The notes: generated from the letters alone by a model not told the origin. Counted from the stretch's first letter, positions 36,929-46,218 are shown. The stretch is DNA of 48,658 bases from an uncultured Bacteroides sp. (GCA_964401095.1 CAYNXG010000001.1:1-48658); one strand, 5' to 3'. Program-made: numbers and translations.

Positions 36929-38340
36929 CAGAATGCGTTTGATTCTCCCTTTATGGCATTGATGACGGTACGCACCATAATCTTTATGTCGAGCATGAGG
37001 TTCCAGTGCTCTATGTACCATACGTCATATTCCACGCGGCGCTCCATCTTCCACAGCTCGTCGGTGATGCCTCGGTAGCCGTTGACCTGTGCCCAGCCGG
37101 TTATGCCGGGTTTCACGAGGTGGCGCACCATGTACTGGTCTACGAGCTTGGAATATTCCTCGGTGTGCTTCAGCATATGGGGGCGCGGGCCTATGATCGA
37201 CATGTCGCCTTTCAGCACATTGATGAACTGGGGCAGCTCGTCGAGGCTGGTGCGTCTCAGCAGGTCGCCCAGGCGCGTCTTGCGCGGGTCGTCTTTGGTG
37301 GCCTGGGCCTTGTCGGCGTCCTTGTTGACGTGCATGGTGCGGAATTTCATGCACCCGAAGGGCTTGCCCTTGTAGCCCGTGCGCTGCTGTATGAAATATA
37401 CCGGGCCGGGCGAGGTGAGCTTGATGGCGATGGCTATGGGGATGTAAATCAGCGGATAGAAACACAGGAAGACGGATGATACGGCTATGTCGAAGCTACG
37501 CTTGATAAAGCGGTTTACCGTCTTTTTGAGCGGGTTGCGGCGGATGGTGAGCACCGGCACGGGCCCTATGTTCTGTATCTGGAAGTCGCGGACGATATAG
37601 CGCGAAATCTGAGGCACATAGAAGAATTCAAGCATGTTGTCGTCGGCGATTTTCACCACTTGCGTGAGGATGTCGTCGTGGCCGGGCATGGTGAAGAATA
37701 TCTGATCTACGCGGTTGTCCTTGACAAAGCGGGCCATGTCGTCGATGTTGCCGCAATACAGGCCGGCGAAGTCGGGACGCCATTCGTGGTCGAAGAATCC
37801 GAGCACCTTGTAGCCGAATCCCGGGTCGGCCATCATTGACTCGTAAAGACGCCGGGCGGTGGAGTTCGTGCCCACGATCACCACGCGCGAATAGTTGAGT
37901 CCGCGCTTGCGGTAGGATTTTATGAATTTTCGCGACAGCAGGCTCCATAATATCATGGCGGCCAGCATTATCGAGTAGTATATCAGATAGAATCCGATGT
38001 TTATGTCCTCGATGCCCAGCAGGGTGATGGACGCCAGGAAAAACAGTGCGTGCCTGCCCACGGTGGAGCATACGTGCAGCAATACCTTGTCAAACTGCAG
38101 CGCACGCGACGCACTCTGACTCTTGCGGCTCTCGCTCACTATCACCGGGATGAAGCTGGTGTTGACGAGAACCCAAAGAATCCATATATGAGGCACGACC
38201 GCCGACACGGCCGGATAAAGCTCCAGGGCGCCCCACATCGACAGGTTCACGATGAGCCAGTCGGCGGCGAGAAGGGCAGGCCCCAGATACTTGCCTAAAT
38301 TCGGTCTACGTTTTTTTGCAATCATTCTGAATCGGGACAT
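36928..38340 (-). CDS. Undecaprenyl-phosphate glucose phosphotransferase (WcaJ/WbaP-type priming glycosyltransferase)
   Basis: KRSFDIAVS, KFRTM, LRRTSLDELPQFINVLKGDMSIIGPRP, VKPGITGWAQVNG, DVWYIEHW. Confidence 0.93.
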   Translation of the reverse strand: MSRFRMIAKKRRPNLGKYLGPALLAADWLIVNLSMWGALELYPAVSAVVPHIWILWVLVNTSFIPVIVSESRKSQSASRALQFDKVLLHVCSTVGRHALFFLASITLLGIEDINIGFYLIYYSIMLAAMILWSLLSRKFIKSYRKRGLNYSRVVIVGTNSTARRLYESMMADPGFGYKVLGFFDHEWRPDFAGLYCGNIDDMARFVKDNRVDQIFFTMPGHDDILTQVVKIADDNMLEFFYVPQISRYIVRDFQIQNIGPVPVLTIRRNPLKKTVNRFIKRSFDIAVSSVFLCFYPLIYIPIAIAIKLTSPGPVYFIQQRTGYKGKPFGCMKFRTMHVNKDADKAQATKDDPRKTRLGDLLRRTSLDELPQFINVLKGDMSIIGPRPHMLKHTEEYSKLVDQYMVRHLVKPGITGWAQVNGYRGITDELWKMERRVEYDVWYIEHWNLMLDIKIMVRTVINAIKGESNAF

Positions 38341-38380
38341 CGCGCCTTACGTCCGCCTGTGACGGCGGACGTGAGACGCG
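38341..38380 (-). other. GC-rich stem-loop between the DUF349 and priming-GT genes
   Basis: ACGTCCGCC (38349-38357) pairs with GGCGGACGT (38364-38372), extendable to 38341/38380. No U-tract. Confidence 0.55.
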
Positions 38381-38394
38381 GCGGGATGTGTCAA

Positions 38395-40254
38395 TTACAG
38401 TTTTGCGTCGATGAGCTTGATCTTCTCGAGTAAATCGTCGATATCCTGACGCAGACGGTCGGCCTTGTGCTCAAATTCCCTGAGCATGGAGTCGCCGCCC
38501 TTGCTTTTTGACGAGAAGGAGAGGAATCCGAGGTTGTTTTCGTAAGTGCGGAGGTCCTGACGGCGGCCTTCGAGCGCGCGCACCAGGCGTTCGCGTTCGC
38601 GCAGCAGGCGTGCTCTGTCGCCCTCGATTCCCGAGATGTTGTCGGAGAAACGCTCCATGCGGTCGCGCGAGCGGCTGAGGCTCAGGGCGTCGCGCAGGGC
38701 GTCGAGGCGGGTGCGGTAGGCTTCGTACACCTTGTCTTTTTCGCGGAAGGGCACGTGACCTATCTCTTTCCAGCGGTCCTGGAGGGCGCGCATCTGTGCC
38801 AGCACTTCCTCGCGGGGCGATTCGGGGTTGATTTTTTCAAGTTCGGCTATCACCTCGCGTTTGGCGCGCAGGTTTTCAGCCTCGGCGCGGCGGGTGCCCG
38901 AGCCGGCTTTTTTCTTGGCCTCGAAGAATGCGTCGCAGGCTTCCTGGAAGCGTTTCCATACCGAGTCGCTGTATTTCTTGGTGACCGAGCCGATGGTTTT
39001 CCATTCTTTCTGCATGGCCACGAATTCCTCGGTGGCGGCTTTCCAGTCGGTGGAGTCGCGCAGGGCCTCGGCGCGTTCGGCCAGGGCTGTCTTGCGGGCG
39101 AGATTGGCGGCGAGCTCCTCGCGGGTGGAGTGGAAGAACTCGGCCTTTGTGGCGAAGAACTTGTCGCACAGCGCGCGGAAGCGGGCAAACAGGGCCTTGT
39201 TCATCTTGCGCGAGGCGAATCCGAATGTGCGCCACTGCTGCTGCAGCTCCATCACGGTCTTAGTGGCTTCGTCCCAGGCGGAAAACGATTTGAGGGCGTC
39301 TAGATCCATGGCCTCGAGCTTCTCGCAGATGGCTGTCTTGCCGGTCTCGTTCTCGGCCTCGCGGGCCTTGCGGGCCTCGAAAAACGCCTGATAGCGCTTG
39401 TTCACGTCGGCCGATGCAGTCTTGAACTTGTCCCAGATTTCCTCGCGGAATTCCTTGGCCACGGGGCCTGCCTGGCGCCACTTGTTGTGGAGCTCCTGCA
39501 GGCGGCGGTAGGCCGTGATTACATCTTCCTCAGAGGCGAGGGCCACGGCCTCGTCGAGCAGCAGCTGCTTTATCTCAAGGTTTTTCTTGAAATCGTAGTC
39601 GCGGAGCTCCTTGTTTATCTTGAGATTGTCGGAATAACGCTCGCGGGCTTCCTGGAAGCGCTTCCATATCGATGTGTCTTCGGTGGGGGGCACGTCGCCG
39701 ATGGCGTTGAACTCGTCCTGAAGCTCGCGATAGCGGGGGAAGGTGCGGTTCACGTTGTCGGTGTCGTCGGCCAGCGAGAGTATCTCGTTTATTATTTCCT
39801 CCTTGCGGCGGAGATTTTCGGCACGCTCGGCTTCAATCTTGGCGGTGTATTCGGCCTTTTTCTCGCGGATTTTGGTGAGGAGGGCCTTGAATTCGTCGTC
39901 GGCCTCGGCCTCGTCGGCACCCATAGTGTCGGCGTCCTCGTTGTCGGCGGGCGTGTCTGCTTTGCGGAAAGCGTTGATCTGCTGGCGCAGGTGACGTATG
40001 TCATCGGTGGTTATGTCGGCGGCGTCCTTTTCCAACACGCTGTTGGCCAGCTCGATGATGGCCTCGCGTGTGAGCGGGGCGCGGCCCGTGCTCTCGGCGG
40101 CTTCCATTTCGAGCTCGGCGGCTTCCTCGGGGTCGATGCCGTCGATTTGCTCAAAGGTTTCATTGGATTCTTCGGCGCTCGCGGCGGCGGGCACCGGTTG
40201 GGTAGTTTGTTCTTCGGCCGGATTGACAGCCGAGGCGGGATCAAGCATTTCCAT
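38395..40254 (-). CDS. DUF349 domain-containing coiled-coil protein, 619 aa
   Basis: Repeated NLxxKxxIxE...LQxxWxxxGxV...WxRF units. Start reassigned to MEMLDP, downstream of the promoter. Confidence 0.88.
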   Translation of the reverse strand: MEMLDPASAVNPAEEQTTQPVPAAASAEESNETFEQIDGIDPEEAAELEMEAAESTGRAPLTREAIIELANSVLEKDAADITTDDIRHLRQQINAFRKADTPADNEDADTMGADEAEADDEFKALLTKIREKKAEYTAKIEAERAENLRRKEEIINEILSLADDTDNVNRTFPRYRELQDEFNAIGDVPPTEDTSIWKRFQEARERYSDNLKINKELRDYDFKKNLEIKQLLLDEAVALASEEDVITAYRRLQELHNKWRQAGPVAKEFREEIWDKFKTASADVNKRYQAFFEARKAREAENETGKTAICEKLEAMDLDALKSFSAWDEATKTVMELQQQWRTFGFASRKMNKALFARFRALCDKFFATKAEFFHSTREELAANLARKTALAERAEALRDSTDWKAATEEFVAMQKEWKTIGSVTKKYSDSVWKRFQEACDAFFEAKKKAGSGTRRAEAENLRAKREVIAELEKINPESPREEVLAQMRALQDRWKEIGHVPFREKDKVYEAYRTRLDALRDALSLSRSRDRMERFSDNISGIEGDRARLLRERERLVRALEGRRQDLRTYENNLGFLSFSSKSKGGDSMLREFEHKADRLRQDIDDLLEKIKLIDAKL

Positions 40255-40305
40255 AAAGCAGTAAATTTTAGTTATAAAGAAGGACTTATAAAGTCTTTCG
40301 GGGCT

Positions 40306-40336
40306 CAAATTTAGTTATTATTTTTTAAATTGCAAA
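40306..40336 (-). promoter_or_regulatory. Consensus promoter of the DUF349 gene
   Basis: Minus strand: TTTG (40336-40333), 19 nt, then TAAATTTG (40313-40306). Confidence 0.65.
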
Positions 40337-40446
40337 AAATATGTTTAAAATAGAGGCTCCGGGCGTTGCGGGCCTGTGCAACGGCGTTTTTCGGAGTCCA
40401 TCCTTACCGGTCAGTGTATATCTATTAATAGTTAATAATAGTTAAA

Positions 40447-40492
40447 TTATAGTACTTTGTATTGCATAGTACTATAACGATGCGTAATTTTG
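40447..40492 (+). promoter_or_regulatory. padR promoter with a palindromic operator
   Basis: TTATAGTACT-N11-AGTACTATAA (40447-40477), just upstream of the -7 element TAATTTTG (40485-40492). Confidence 0.7.
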
Positions 40493-40512
40493 CGGTGTAA
40501 ATCTCATCCTCC

Positions 40513-40842
40513 ATGAATATAGAGAATCTAAAATCACAGATGCGCAAGGGCATGCTCGAATTTTGCGTGCTGTTGCTGCTCAGAAAGAAGGCCGCCTATG
40601 CCTCCGAGATGATAGCGTCGCTCAAGGACGTGCATCTCATCGTGGTGGAAGGCACCCTCTATCCTCTCCTTACCCGTCTCAAGAACGACGGCCTGCTGTC
40701 ATATGAATGGCAGGAATCCACGTCGGGGCCGCCGCGTAAGTATTATTCGCTGACTCCGCTCGGCCTGCAATTCCTCGACCAGTTGTCGGCATCGTGGCAA
40801 GAGCTGTCCCGCACAGTCGGTTATCTTCAATCTCAAAACTAA
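40513..40842 (+). CDS. PadR family transcriptional regulator
   Basis: QMRKGMLEFCVL, EGTLYPLLTRL, GPPRKYYSLT. Confidence 0.95.
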   Translation: MNIENLKSQMRKGMLEFCVLLLLRKKAAYASEMIASLKDVHLIVVEGTLYPLLTRLKNDGLLSYEWQESTSGPPRKYYSLTPLGLQFLDQLSASWQELSRTVGYLQSQN

Positions 40843-40860
40843 TTCCTCTTTACTCTAACA

Positions 40861-41958
40861 ATGAAAAAAACATTTCCCGTAAACATCAACGGCACGGTCT
40901 TCTATATCGACGAAGACGCCTATAACCTGCTCAATACCTATCTCGACCAGTTGCGCAAGGCCTTTCCCGGCCGTGAGGGTGAAGAGGTGATATCCGACAT
41001 CGAGGCCCGCATTGCAGAGCATTTCAGCGAAATCATGTCTGCCGGCTCGCGCGTGATAAGCATATCGGATGTGAATTCCGTGATAGAAAAGATGGGCCGC
41101 CCGGCCGACATCTCGGACAACGACGCCGACAACGACGCTCCCGAGGTAGGCGGCACAAGCGGCCAGACTCCTCCCCCGTTCAACGCTCCCACCGGCAAGC
41201 ATCTTTACCGCGACGAGCGCAACAAGGTATTCGGCGGCGTGCTCTCGGGCCTGTCCTGGTATCTGGACTGGAACGTCACCATAATGCGCGTGCTGCTTAT
41301 CGTGCTGGCCCTGTGTACACAGATATGGCCCCTCGTGGTCATCTATCTGATAGCGTGGATGGTGATTCCGCCGGCACGCACACAGCGTCAGATACTCGAG
41401 ATGACCGGCCGCCCCGTCACCCCCGGCAACATAGGGCAGACGGTGCTCGGCACCATGGATCCCGACTCGCCCTATAACGGCGCGGGCACCGTTACCTCGC
41501 AGAGCATATTCTCGATTCTCGGCAAGATAATCCTCGCCATGTGCGGCATCGTGGCCGGCGCCGTGGGCCTGGGCTTTGTGGGCGTGCTGATAGCCGCCGT
41601 ATGCTCGCTCATCATATTCAGCGGGTGGGGCTCGCTGGAGCTGATGGACAATCTGCTTGACGGATTCTTTCCCGCGGCAGACCATCCCGTGATAGGCTCA
41701 ATCGGCGTAATCCTGCTGGCCGTGGCTGTCGCCATCCCCTGCATCGCCATAGTGTGGGGAGCCTGCTGCGCCCTGTTCAACGCCCGCGGAGCATCGAAAA
41801 CGTTAATCATCACCACCGTGGTGCTGGAGGTGGTGCTCATCGTGGCCACCGTTGTGACTCTCACGCTAGCCAACATCGAGCCCGACTATCACGCCATGGC
41901 AGTCTCCTCCTGTCCCGCCGCTGTGGCACAGGCCTCCTCATTCTTCTCTCTCCAATAG
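40861..41958 (+). CDS. PspC domain-containing membrane protein
   Basis: MKKTFPVNING...DIEARIAE N-terminus; PspC motif LYRDERNKVFGGVLSGLS...YLIAWMVIP. Directly follows padR. Confidence 0.92.
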   Translation: MKKTFPVNINGTVFYIDEDAYNLLNTYLDQLRKAFPGREGEEVISDIEARIAEHFSEIMSAGSRVISISDVNSVIEKMGRPADISDNDADNDAPEVGGTSGQTPPPFNAPTGKHLYRDERNKVFGGVLSGLSWYLDWNVTIMRVLLIVLALCTQIWPLVVIYLIAWMVIPPARTQRQILEMTGRPVTPGNIGQTVLGTMDPDSPYNGAGTVTSQSIFSILGKIILAMCGIVAGAVGLGFVGVLIAAVCSLIIFSGWGSLELMDNLLDGFFPAADHPVIGSIGVILLAVAVAIPCIAIVWGACCALFNARGASKTLIITTVVLEVVLIVATVVTLTLANIEPDYHAMAVSSCPAAVAQASSFFSLQ

Positions 41959-42061
41959 TGATTTTTATGGCATCCCGATGCAATAAGCGGGCGTAAGAGA
42001 CGTTATATAGATGTAACACTCTTTAACCCCTTTCTAATAACCTTGCAACTTCAGGCTGCCT

Positions 42062-42223
42062 ATGAAGAAAATCTCTACACCAACCATGGGCCATAAGCCC
42101 GCACAGCGTGAAATCCACAGCGATTTGTCACCACGCAAGACAACAATAGCCTTTCTGCGCCAGTTTGCGCGCGCATACCGCCCCGCCCCCGTCGCAGGTA
42201 TGCCCGGAATAGTACTGAATTGA
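42062..42223 (+). CDS. Small hypothetical protein, 53 aa (below the ORF-track cutoff)
   Basis: MKKISTPTMGHKPAQREIHSDLSPRKTTIAFLRQFARAYRPAPVAGMPGIVLN*. It fills the gap between pspC and a terminator and has an AT-rich upstream region. Confidence 0.6.
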   Translation: MKKISTPTMGHKPAQREIHSDLSPRKTTIAFLRQFARAYRPAPVAGMPGIVLN

Positions 42224-42252
42224 TGTCGACCCCTGCAGTCATCAGGGAAAAT

Positions 42253-42297
42253 TAAAAAACAGGTTCTCGTGTGTGTCACGTAAGAACCTGTTTTTTA
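42253..42297. terminator. Bidirectional intrinsic terminator
   Basis: TAAAAAACAGGTTCT...AGAACCTGTTTTTTA, a 15-bp inverted repeat between convergent genes. Confidence 0.85.
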
Positions 42298-42316
42298 GTA
42301 TAGTGCTATATTTCTT

Positions 42317-43540
42317 TTACCTCATTGATATCACCGACAGCGGCATGAGCGATTCCGCCAGGCCGGCGATGCGGGCGGGTGTCACCGCCCTGATGGCCTC
42401 GGCTGTCTGCGCGGCCGTGTAGGCCTCGTGGCGGTAGAGCAGGCGGCGCGCTATGCCGAGGATGCGGTTCTCGATGTTTTCCGACGCTATAACCAGCTGG
42501 CCCAGATACTGCTTCTTGGCCATCTCGAGGCGGCGCGGCGTGATGAATCCGTCGGCTACGCGGCTCACGGTATCGGTGACGAGCCTGCGGCACAGGGCGT
42601 CGTCCGACGGGTCGCAGCCATAATATATGGCCATGCTGCCGCAGTCAGAGAACAGCCCCGTCGAGGCTTCCACGCTGTAGACCAGGCCGCGGCGCTCGCG
42701 CAGGGCCACGTTGAGCAGCGAGTTCATGCCCGGGCCGCCCAGGATATTGGTGATCAGGGCCAGGGCGTAGCGGTCGGGCGAGTCGAAACCGCCGGTGCGT
42801 GCGCCCATGATGGTGTGGCACTGGTGCGAGTCGATATTGCGCACGACATCAAACGGCGGCAACACCTCGGGGGCCCTGCGCGTCGACGGTGCCGGCGTGC
42901 CCGACACATGGGCGAATTTCTGTTCGAGACACGCAAAGACGCGTTCGGGGGCGAGATTGCCGGCGTAGAAGGCCACCATGTCGGCCGGCACGTAGCGTGT
43001 GCGCAGATATTCGCGGCACACGTCAGACGTGAACGTAGCCAGGGCCTCTCTGTCGCCGAGGATGTTGTGGCCCAGGTCGCTGCCGGCGAATATCAGGTCC
43101 TCGAAGTCGTCGAACACCGCCTCCGACGGCGAGTCGAGATAAGAGTCGATTTCATCGGCCACCACCTCGCGCTCTTTGGCAAGCTCGCGTTCCGGAAAGC
43201 GCGAATCGGCCACGAGGTCGGCGATTAGCTCGGCGGCGCGGGGCAGATTGCCCGAGGGGAACACGCTGTAGACCGTCGTCTCCTCCTTGGTGGTGTAGGC
43301 GTTCAGCTCGCCGCCTACGGCCTCCATGCGGTTGATGATGTGCCACGGCGAGCGCTTCGACGTGCCCTTGAAGATTGTGTGCTCCACAAAGTGGGCCAGG
43401 CCGCGGCGGTCGCAGCCCTCGTCGCGGCTGCCCGCGCGCACGGCCACGCCGCAGTAGCCCACGGCCGAGCCGGGCACGCGCAGGTGCACCATGCGCATCC
43501 CCGAGGGAGAGGTGTGATAACTAACAGTCAGCTCCTTCAT
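42317..43540 (-). CDS. M16 family (pitrilysin-like) zinc peptidase
   Basis: GLAHFVEHTIFKGT (HxxEH), LNAYTTKE, LRERRGLVYSV. Confidence 0.93.
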   Translation of the reverse strand: MKELTVSYHTSPSGMRMVHLRVPGSAVGYCGVAVRAGSRDEGCDRRGLAHFVEHTIFKGTSKRSPWHIINRMEAVGGELNAYTTKEETTVYSVFPSGNLPRAAELIADLVADSRFPERELAKEREVVADEIDSYLDSPSEAVFDDFEDLIFAGSDLGHNILGDREALATFTSDVCREYLRTRYVPADMVAFYAGNLAPERVFACLEQKFAHVSGTPAPSTRRAPEVLPPFDVVRNIDSHQCHTIMGARTGGFDSPDRYALALITNILGGPGMNSLLNVALRERRGLVYSVEASTGLFSDCGSMAIYYGCDPSDDALCRRLVTDTVSRVADGFITPRRLEMAKKQYLGQLVIASENIENRILGIARRLLYRHEAYTAAQTAEAIRAVTPARIAGLAESLMPLSVISMR

Positions 43541-45026
43541 CGGGCCAGCGGTTGTCTGATTTTATGAGGCTTATGAGCCGTGGCAGGGCGTCTGCCGCGG
43601 GTATATTCTTTTCGACACATTCCTTGCCGCGGTAAATGCTTACGCGGCCGGGGCCGGCGCCCACGTAGCCGTAGTCGGCGTCAGCCATTTCGCCGGGGCC
43701 GTTGACTATGCAGCCCATGACGCCTATTTTCAGTCCCTTGAGGGCCGATGTGGCGGCCTTGACCTGTGCGAGGGTCGACTGGAGGTCAAACAGGGTGCGT
43801 CCGCAGCCCGGGCAGGCTATGTATTCGGTCTTGGATATGACGCGGCGCGTGGCCTGGAGTATGTCGCGGGCCAGGGCGGCGGCAGCCTCGCTGTCGAGGG
43901 CGGGCGCCTCGACGGCTATGTCGTTGTTCACCTCGGGGTGGTTGAGCAGCAGATAGCCGAGGTCGACGGCGGCGGCGATCTTCACCTGCTCGGCCGACAT
44001 GGATGCGGGATAGCGTGCGGTGACGCCGACGCTTTCCGCGCCAGAGGCCGAGATGATGGCCTTGCCGATTACGTCGGGGTAGGACACTGCCACGCGGCCC
44101 TCGCGCATCTCCACGGCGTCGGCGTCGGTGGCCCGGCCCTCGCGGCAGGCCTCGATGTGGCTCAGAATCTCGCGGGCCACGGGAATCTCGCGCTCGGGGT
44201 CCTCGGACAGCGACACGCGTATGGTGTCGCCGATGCCGTCGACCAGCAGCGAGCCTATGCCCACGGCGCTCTTGATGCGTCCGTCGTCGGCATCGCCGGC
44301 CTCGGTGACGCCCAGATGGAGCGGGAAAGCCATGCCTTCGCGTTCCATCTCGCGGCACAGCAGGCGCACGGTGTCGGTCATCACCACCACGTTGGAGGCC
44401 TTGATTGAGATCACCACGTCGGTGAATCCGCAGCTAACGCAGACGCGCAGAAATTCCATGGCGCTCTCCACCATGCCGGCAGGTGTGTCGCCGTAGCGGC
44501 TCATGATGCGGTCGGACAGCGAGCCGTGGTTCACGCCGATGCGTATCGCCGTGCCGCGGCTGCGGCAGAGTTCGAGGAAGGGTACGAACTTGTCGCGTAT
44601 GCGCTGTATCTCGGCGGCGTATTCCTCGTCGGTATATTCGAGCTTTACGAATGTTCGGCCCGGGTCGACGAAGTTGCCGGGATTGATGCGCACCTTCTCC
44701 ACCTCCTCCGCGGCGGCAAACGCGGCGGCGGGGTTGAAGTGTATGTCGGCCACCAGGGGCAGGGTGTATCCGTCGCGGCGCACGCGGCGGCTGATTTCGC
44801 CGAGGTTGCGGGCGTGGGCGGTGGTCTGTGCGGTGAGGCGCACGATGTCGGCGCCGGCGTCGGCGATGCGCTCGATCTGCGCGGCCGAGGCTTCGGTGTC
44901 CATCGTGGGGGTGTTGGTCATCGACTGCACGGCCACGGGGTGGGCCGAGCCGATGGCAACGCGGCCTATGCGTACCTCGCCGGCATGTCGGCGGCTGTAT
45001 GAGGGAAGGCTATTTTCGCTCAGCAT
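43521..45026 (-). CDS. ispG: (E)-4-hydroxy-3-methylbut-2-enyl-diphosphate synthase
   Basis: VQSMTNT, PLVADIHF, RINPGN, RIGVNHGSL, PLHLGVTEAG, GDTIRVSL, CPGCGR, MGCIVNGPGE. Confidence 0.96.
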   Translation of the reverse strand: MLSENSLPSYSRRHAGEVRIGRVAIGSAHPVAVQSMTNTPTMDTEASAAQIERIADAGADIVRLTAQTTAHARNLGEISRRVRRDGYTLPLVADIHFNPAAAFAAAEEVEKVRINPGNFVDPGRTFVKLEYTDEEYAAEIQRIRDKFVPFLELCRSRGTAIRIGVNHGSLSDRIMSRYGDTPAGMVESAMEFLRVCVSCGFTDVVISIKASNVVVMTDTVRLLCREMEREGMAFPLHLGVTEAGDADDGRIKSAVGIGSLLVDGIGDTIRVSLSEDPEREIPVAREILSHIEACREGRATDADAVEMREGRVAVSYPDVIGKAIISASGAESVGVTARYPASMSAEQVKIAAAVDLGYLLLNHPEVNNDIAVEAPALDSEAAAALARDILQATRRVISKTEYIACPGCGRTLFDLQSTLAQVKAATSALKGLKIGVMGCIVNGPGEMADADYGYVGAGPGRVSIYRGKECVEKNIPAADALPRLISLIKSDNRWPDEGADC

Positions 45027-45526
45027 TTGAATTTATAGTCGGATATCGAGGCCAGGTCTTCGTTGGCCTTAATGATTTTCTTGTTGAGGGTCTCGCACCA
45101 TGCGGCATAGCGTGCGGCCAGCTCGGGGTCGGAGAGGGCGAGGATGCGCACGGCCAGCACGGCGGCATTCATGCCGGCGTTGATGCCGACGGTGGCCACG
45201 GGTATGCCCGGGGGCATCATGACGATCGACAGCAGGGCGTCCTGGCCCTGGAGGGTGGAGTCGATGGGCAGGCCTATCACGGGCAGCGGGGTGAGGGCGG
45301 CTATGACGCCGGGCAGGGCGGCGGCCATGCCGGCAGCGGCGATGATGACCTTGATGCCGCGCGACGCGGCCGTCGTGGCAAACTGTTCAACCTCGCGGGG
45401 GGTGCGGTGGGCGCTGAGAGCCTGGAGCTCGAAGGGCACTTCCATCTGCTCGAGGAAGTCGGCTGCCTTGCGCAGCACGGGCAGGTCGGAGGTGCTGCCC
45501 ATTATTATCGATACACGTGGAGTCAT
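45020..45526 (-). CDS. purE: N5-carboxyaminoimidazole ribonucleotide mutase
   Basis: IIMGSTSD, SAHRTP, AAAGMAAALPG, PVIGLP, MPPGIPVATV. Confidence 0.96.
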   Translation of the reverse strand: MTPRVSIIMGSTSDLPVLRKAADFLEQMEVPFELQALSAHRTPREVEQFATTAASRGIKVIIAAAGMAAALPGVIAALTPLPVIGLPIDSTLQGQDALLSIVMMPPGIPVATVGINAGMNAAVLAVRILALSDPELAARYAAWCETLNKKIIKANEDLASISDYKFKC

Positions 45527-45555
45527 TGGTTATATTGTGATTGGTTGTGGATATG

Positions 45556-46218
45556 TCATGCGATATACATGGCGCCGAAGCAGAATGTGAATCCCAGGGC
45601 GAGGCCGGCCAGCACCTGTGCGGGTGTGTGGCGGCGCAGCAGCAGACGGGCCGTGGCCACGGCGCCAGCCAGCAGGATGCCGGCGCTCAGCATTATCATG
45701 ATGTTGATGTCGGCGAGGCCCGATACGGCGAACCACATCATCATGCCCGCCAGGCCGCCCACGGCGGTGGTGTGGGCGCTGATTTTCCATTTCAGCGTTA
45801 TCAGCAGGGCCGCCACGGTGGCCGCCGACGCGCCCTTGAAGAACATGCTGAGCCATGCCGGAGCGCCGAGCGAGCTTACGAACAGGGCGGCGCCGAAATA
45901 GCACAGCGCGCCCACGATCATGGGCGTCACGCGCTGTTCGCGCCGCGACACGGCACGGTCTGAGATCATGCCGGTGCGTATCATGGCGGCTATCGCGGCC
46001 AGGGGCACGATGCCCGTGATGACGCCTACGAGCAGCGTGGCTATGAGGCGGTGGCTGTCGGGCACGCTGCGCATGGGCGTGGCCCACAGCGCCAGGGCCA
46101 TGGCTATGGTGGGAATGGTGAGAGGCGAGAACACGTCGCTCACGATCTGGGCCCACAGCGGACGGTGTGAGGGCGTGTCCGCTGAGCCGCCTTCGGGTGT
46201 GGATTGCAGGGGATTCAT
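45556..46218 (-). CDS. PAP2-superfamily-like membrane protein
   Basis: Multiple transmembrane segments with KWKISAH and ARLLLRRHTPAQVLAG motifs. Confidence 0.7.
   Translation of the reverse strand: MNPLQSTPEGGSADTPSHRPLWAQIVSDVFSPLTIPTIAMALALWATPMRSVPDSHRLIATLLVGVITGIVPLAAIAAMIRTGMISDRAVSRREQRVTPMIVGALCYFGAALFVSSLGAPAWLSMFFKGASAATVAALLITLKWKISAHTTAVGGLAGMMMWFAVSGLADINIMIMLSAGILLAGAVATARLLLRRHTPAQVLAGLALGFTFCFGAMYIA

Noticed and set aside
16041-40308. Longest-ORF start codons for several genes (18026, 26328, 29170, 34738, 35897, 37021, 40308)
   Set aside because: They extend across promoter motifs or into upstream genes. Downstream ATGs give signal peptides, stop-start coupling or family-typical N-termini.
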